Assembly (NCBI GenBank): GCA_050230475.1
Contig: JBFLGF010000089.1
Coordinates: 48,400-68,399 of the forward strand
Reading direction: 5' to 3'
Length of the DNA stretch: 20,000 nt
DNA from: Ancylonema sp.
Taxonomy: Eukaryota
Shown here: positions 19,501-20,000 of the stretch, piece after piece
How positions within the stretch are numbered: the stretch's first letter is position 1
How the letters are laid out: each line of letters begins with the position of its first letter
Translations under genes and position numbers: made by a program
Notes under the pieces: generated by a model
What the model was told of the DNA's origin: nothing
The model's input: the letters and a program-made list of their open reading frames with translations, nothing else
The model's database searches: none

Positions 19501-19678
19501 CACTCAAACCTCGATATAAGATACTTCGTTCTTGAAAACTCTTCGCTGTAAGAATCCATTTTGCTTTTCTTTTTTTGACTTTTTACATTCAAAATGTGAT
19601 GTGTAAAAGAAGCATTCGTTTTTTTTTTTTTTTTTTTTTTAAGCGAGTTTTAGGGTTTCTTTCATCGAGGTTTGTATT
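19501..19678. mobile_element. pogo/mariner-like MITE
   Basis: TA|CACTCAAACCTCGATATAAGA ... TCTTTCATCGAGGTTTG inverted ends, with the right end degraded; poly-T at 19619-19640. Confidence 0.5.
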
Positions 19679-20000
19679 TTCCCCGTCCATATTAATTTAG
19701 AAAGACAGATCTGGTGTGAAAGCGAATCTGGCGAATCCGCTCTTCAGGCGAAATGCCATGTCCTTTTCGAGCAACACGTGTCTAGACCTTATCGGGAGTC
19801 CGGTGACGCCCGGTCACCCGGCGTGACGGCGCTCTGATTGGTCCATCGCGAAAGTATCAAGGAACTCCGTGACGGGATTACGGTCTGAAGGAGGGCGATA
19901 TGTGACGCCGTTATATGCTCCCATTCGTCCGTGACATCCCCGCGCGTTTCGAGGGTATCACGTTGCCATTGAGCTTGCTACGACTCTGTGTACAGCGACA

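Noticed and set aside
19024..19519. Overlapping ORFs as a transposase or captured gene
   Set aside because: They lie inside the 616-bp Tourist MITE and show no DDE or Myb-like motif.
19790..20000. GTGACG-rich segment as a defined element
   Set aside because: Probably another subterminal array, but no TIR pair or TSD can be established before the window edge.

Overview
Eukaryotic nuclear DNA, most likely from a non-seed streptophyte (bryophyte, lycophyte or streptophyte alga; inferred from gene and TE content). There is one host gene: a 7-exon P-class PPR gene on the minus strand (3066..~7273) recognisable as a homologue of the chloroplast RNA-binding protein HCF152, with six GT-AG introns that reconstruct in frame. 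Almost everything else is transposon-derived. (i) A boundary-complete but coding-defective Ty1/copia element (8160..13268) has 453-bp LTRs, a CCTTC TSD, a half-tRNA-iMet PBS, non-canonical TG...AA ends, no integrase core, and LTRs identical in the first half but divergent in the second. (ii) A CRE-clade LINE 3' fragment (~16700..18623) is split by a 1.35-kb non-coding insertion of uncertain class flanked by a 9-bp direct repeat. (iii) There is a clean hAT MITE (14267..14910) and a clean PIF/Harbinger (Tourist) MITE (18879..19494). (iv) There are several degraded pogo/mariner-like and hAT-like MITEs, including a dense cluster with CATAGTTG-type ends at 1..3036. I saw no RNA genes or CRISPR arrays. 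I did not find a clearly new biological system; the best leads are the copia end/LTR architecture and the unclassified insertion.
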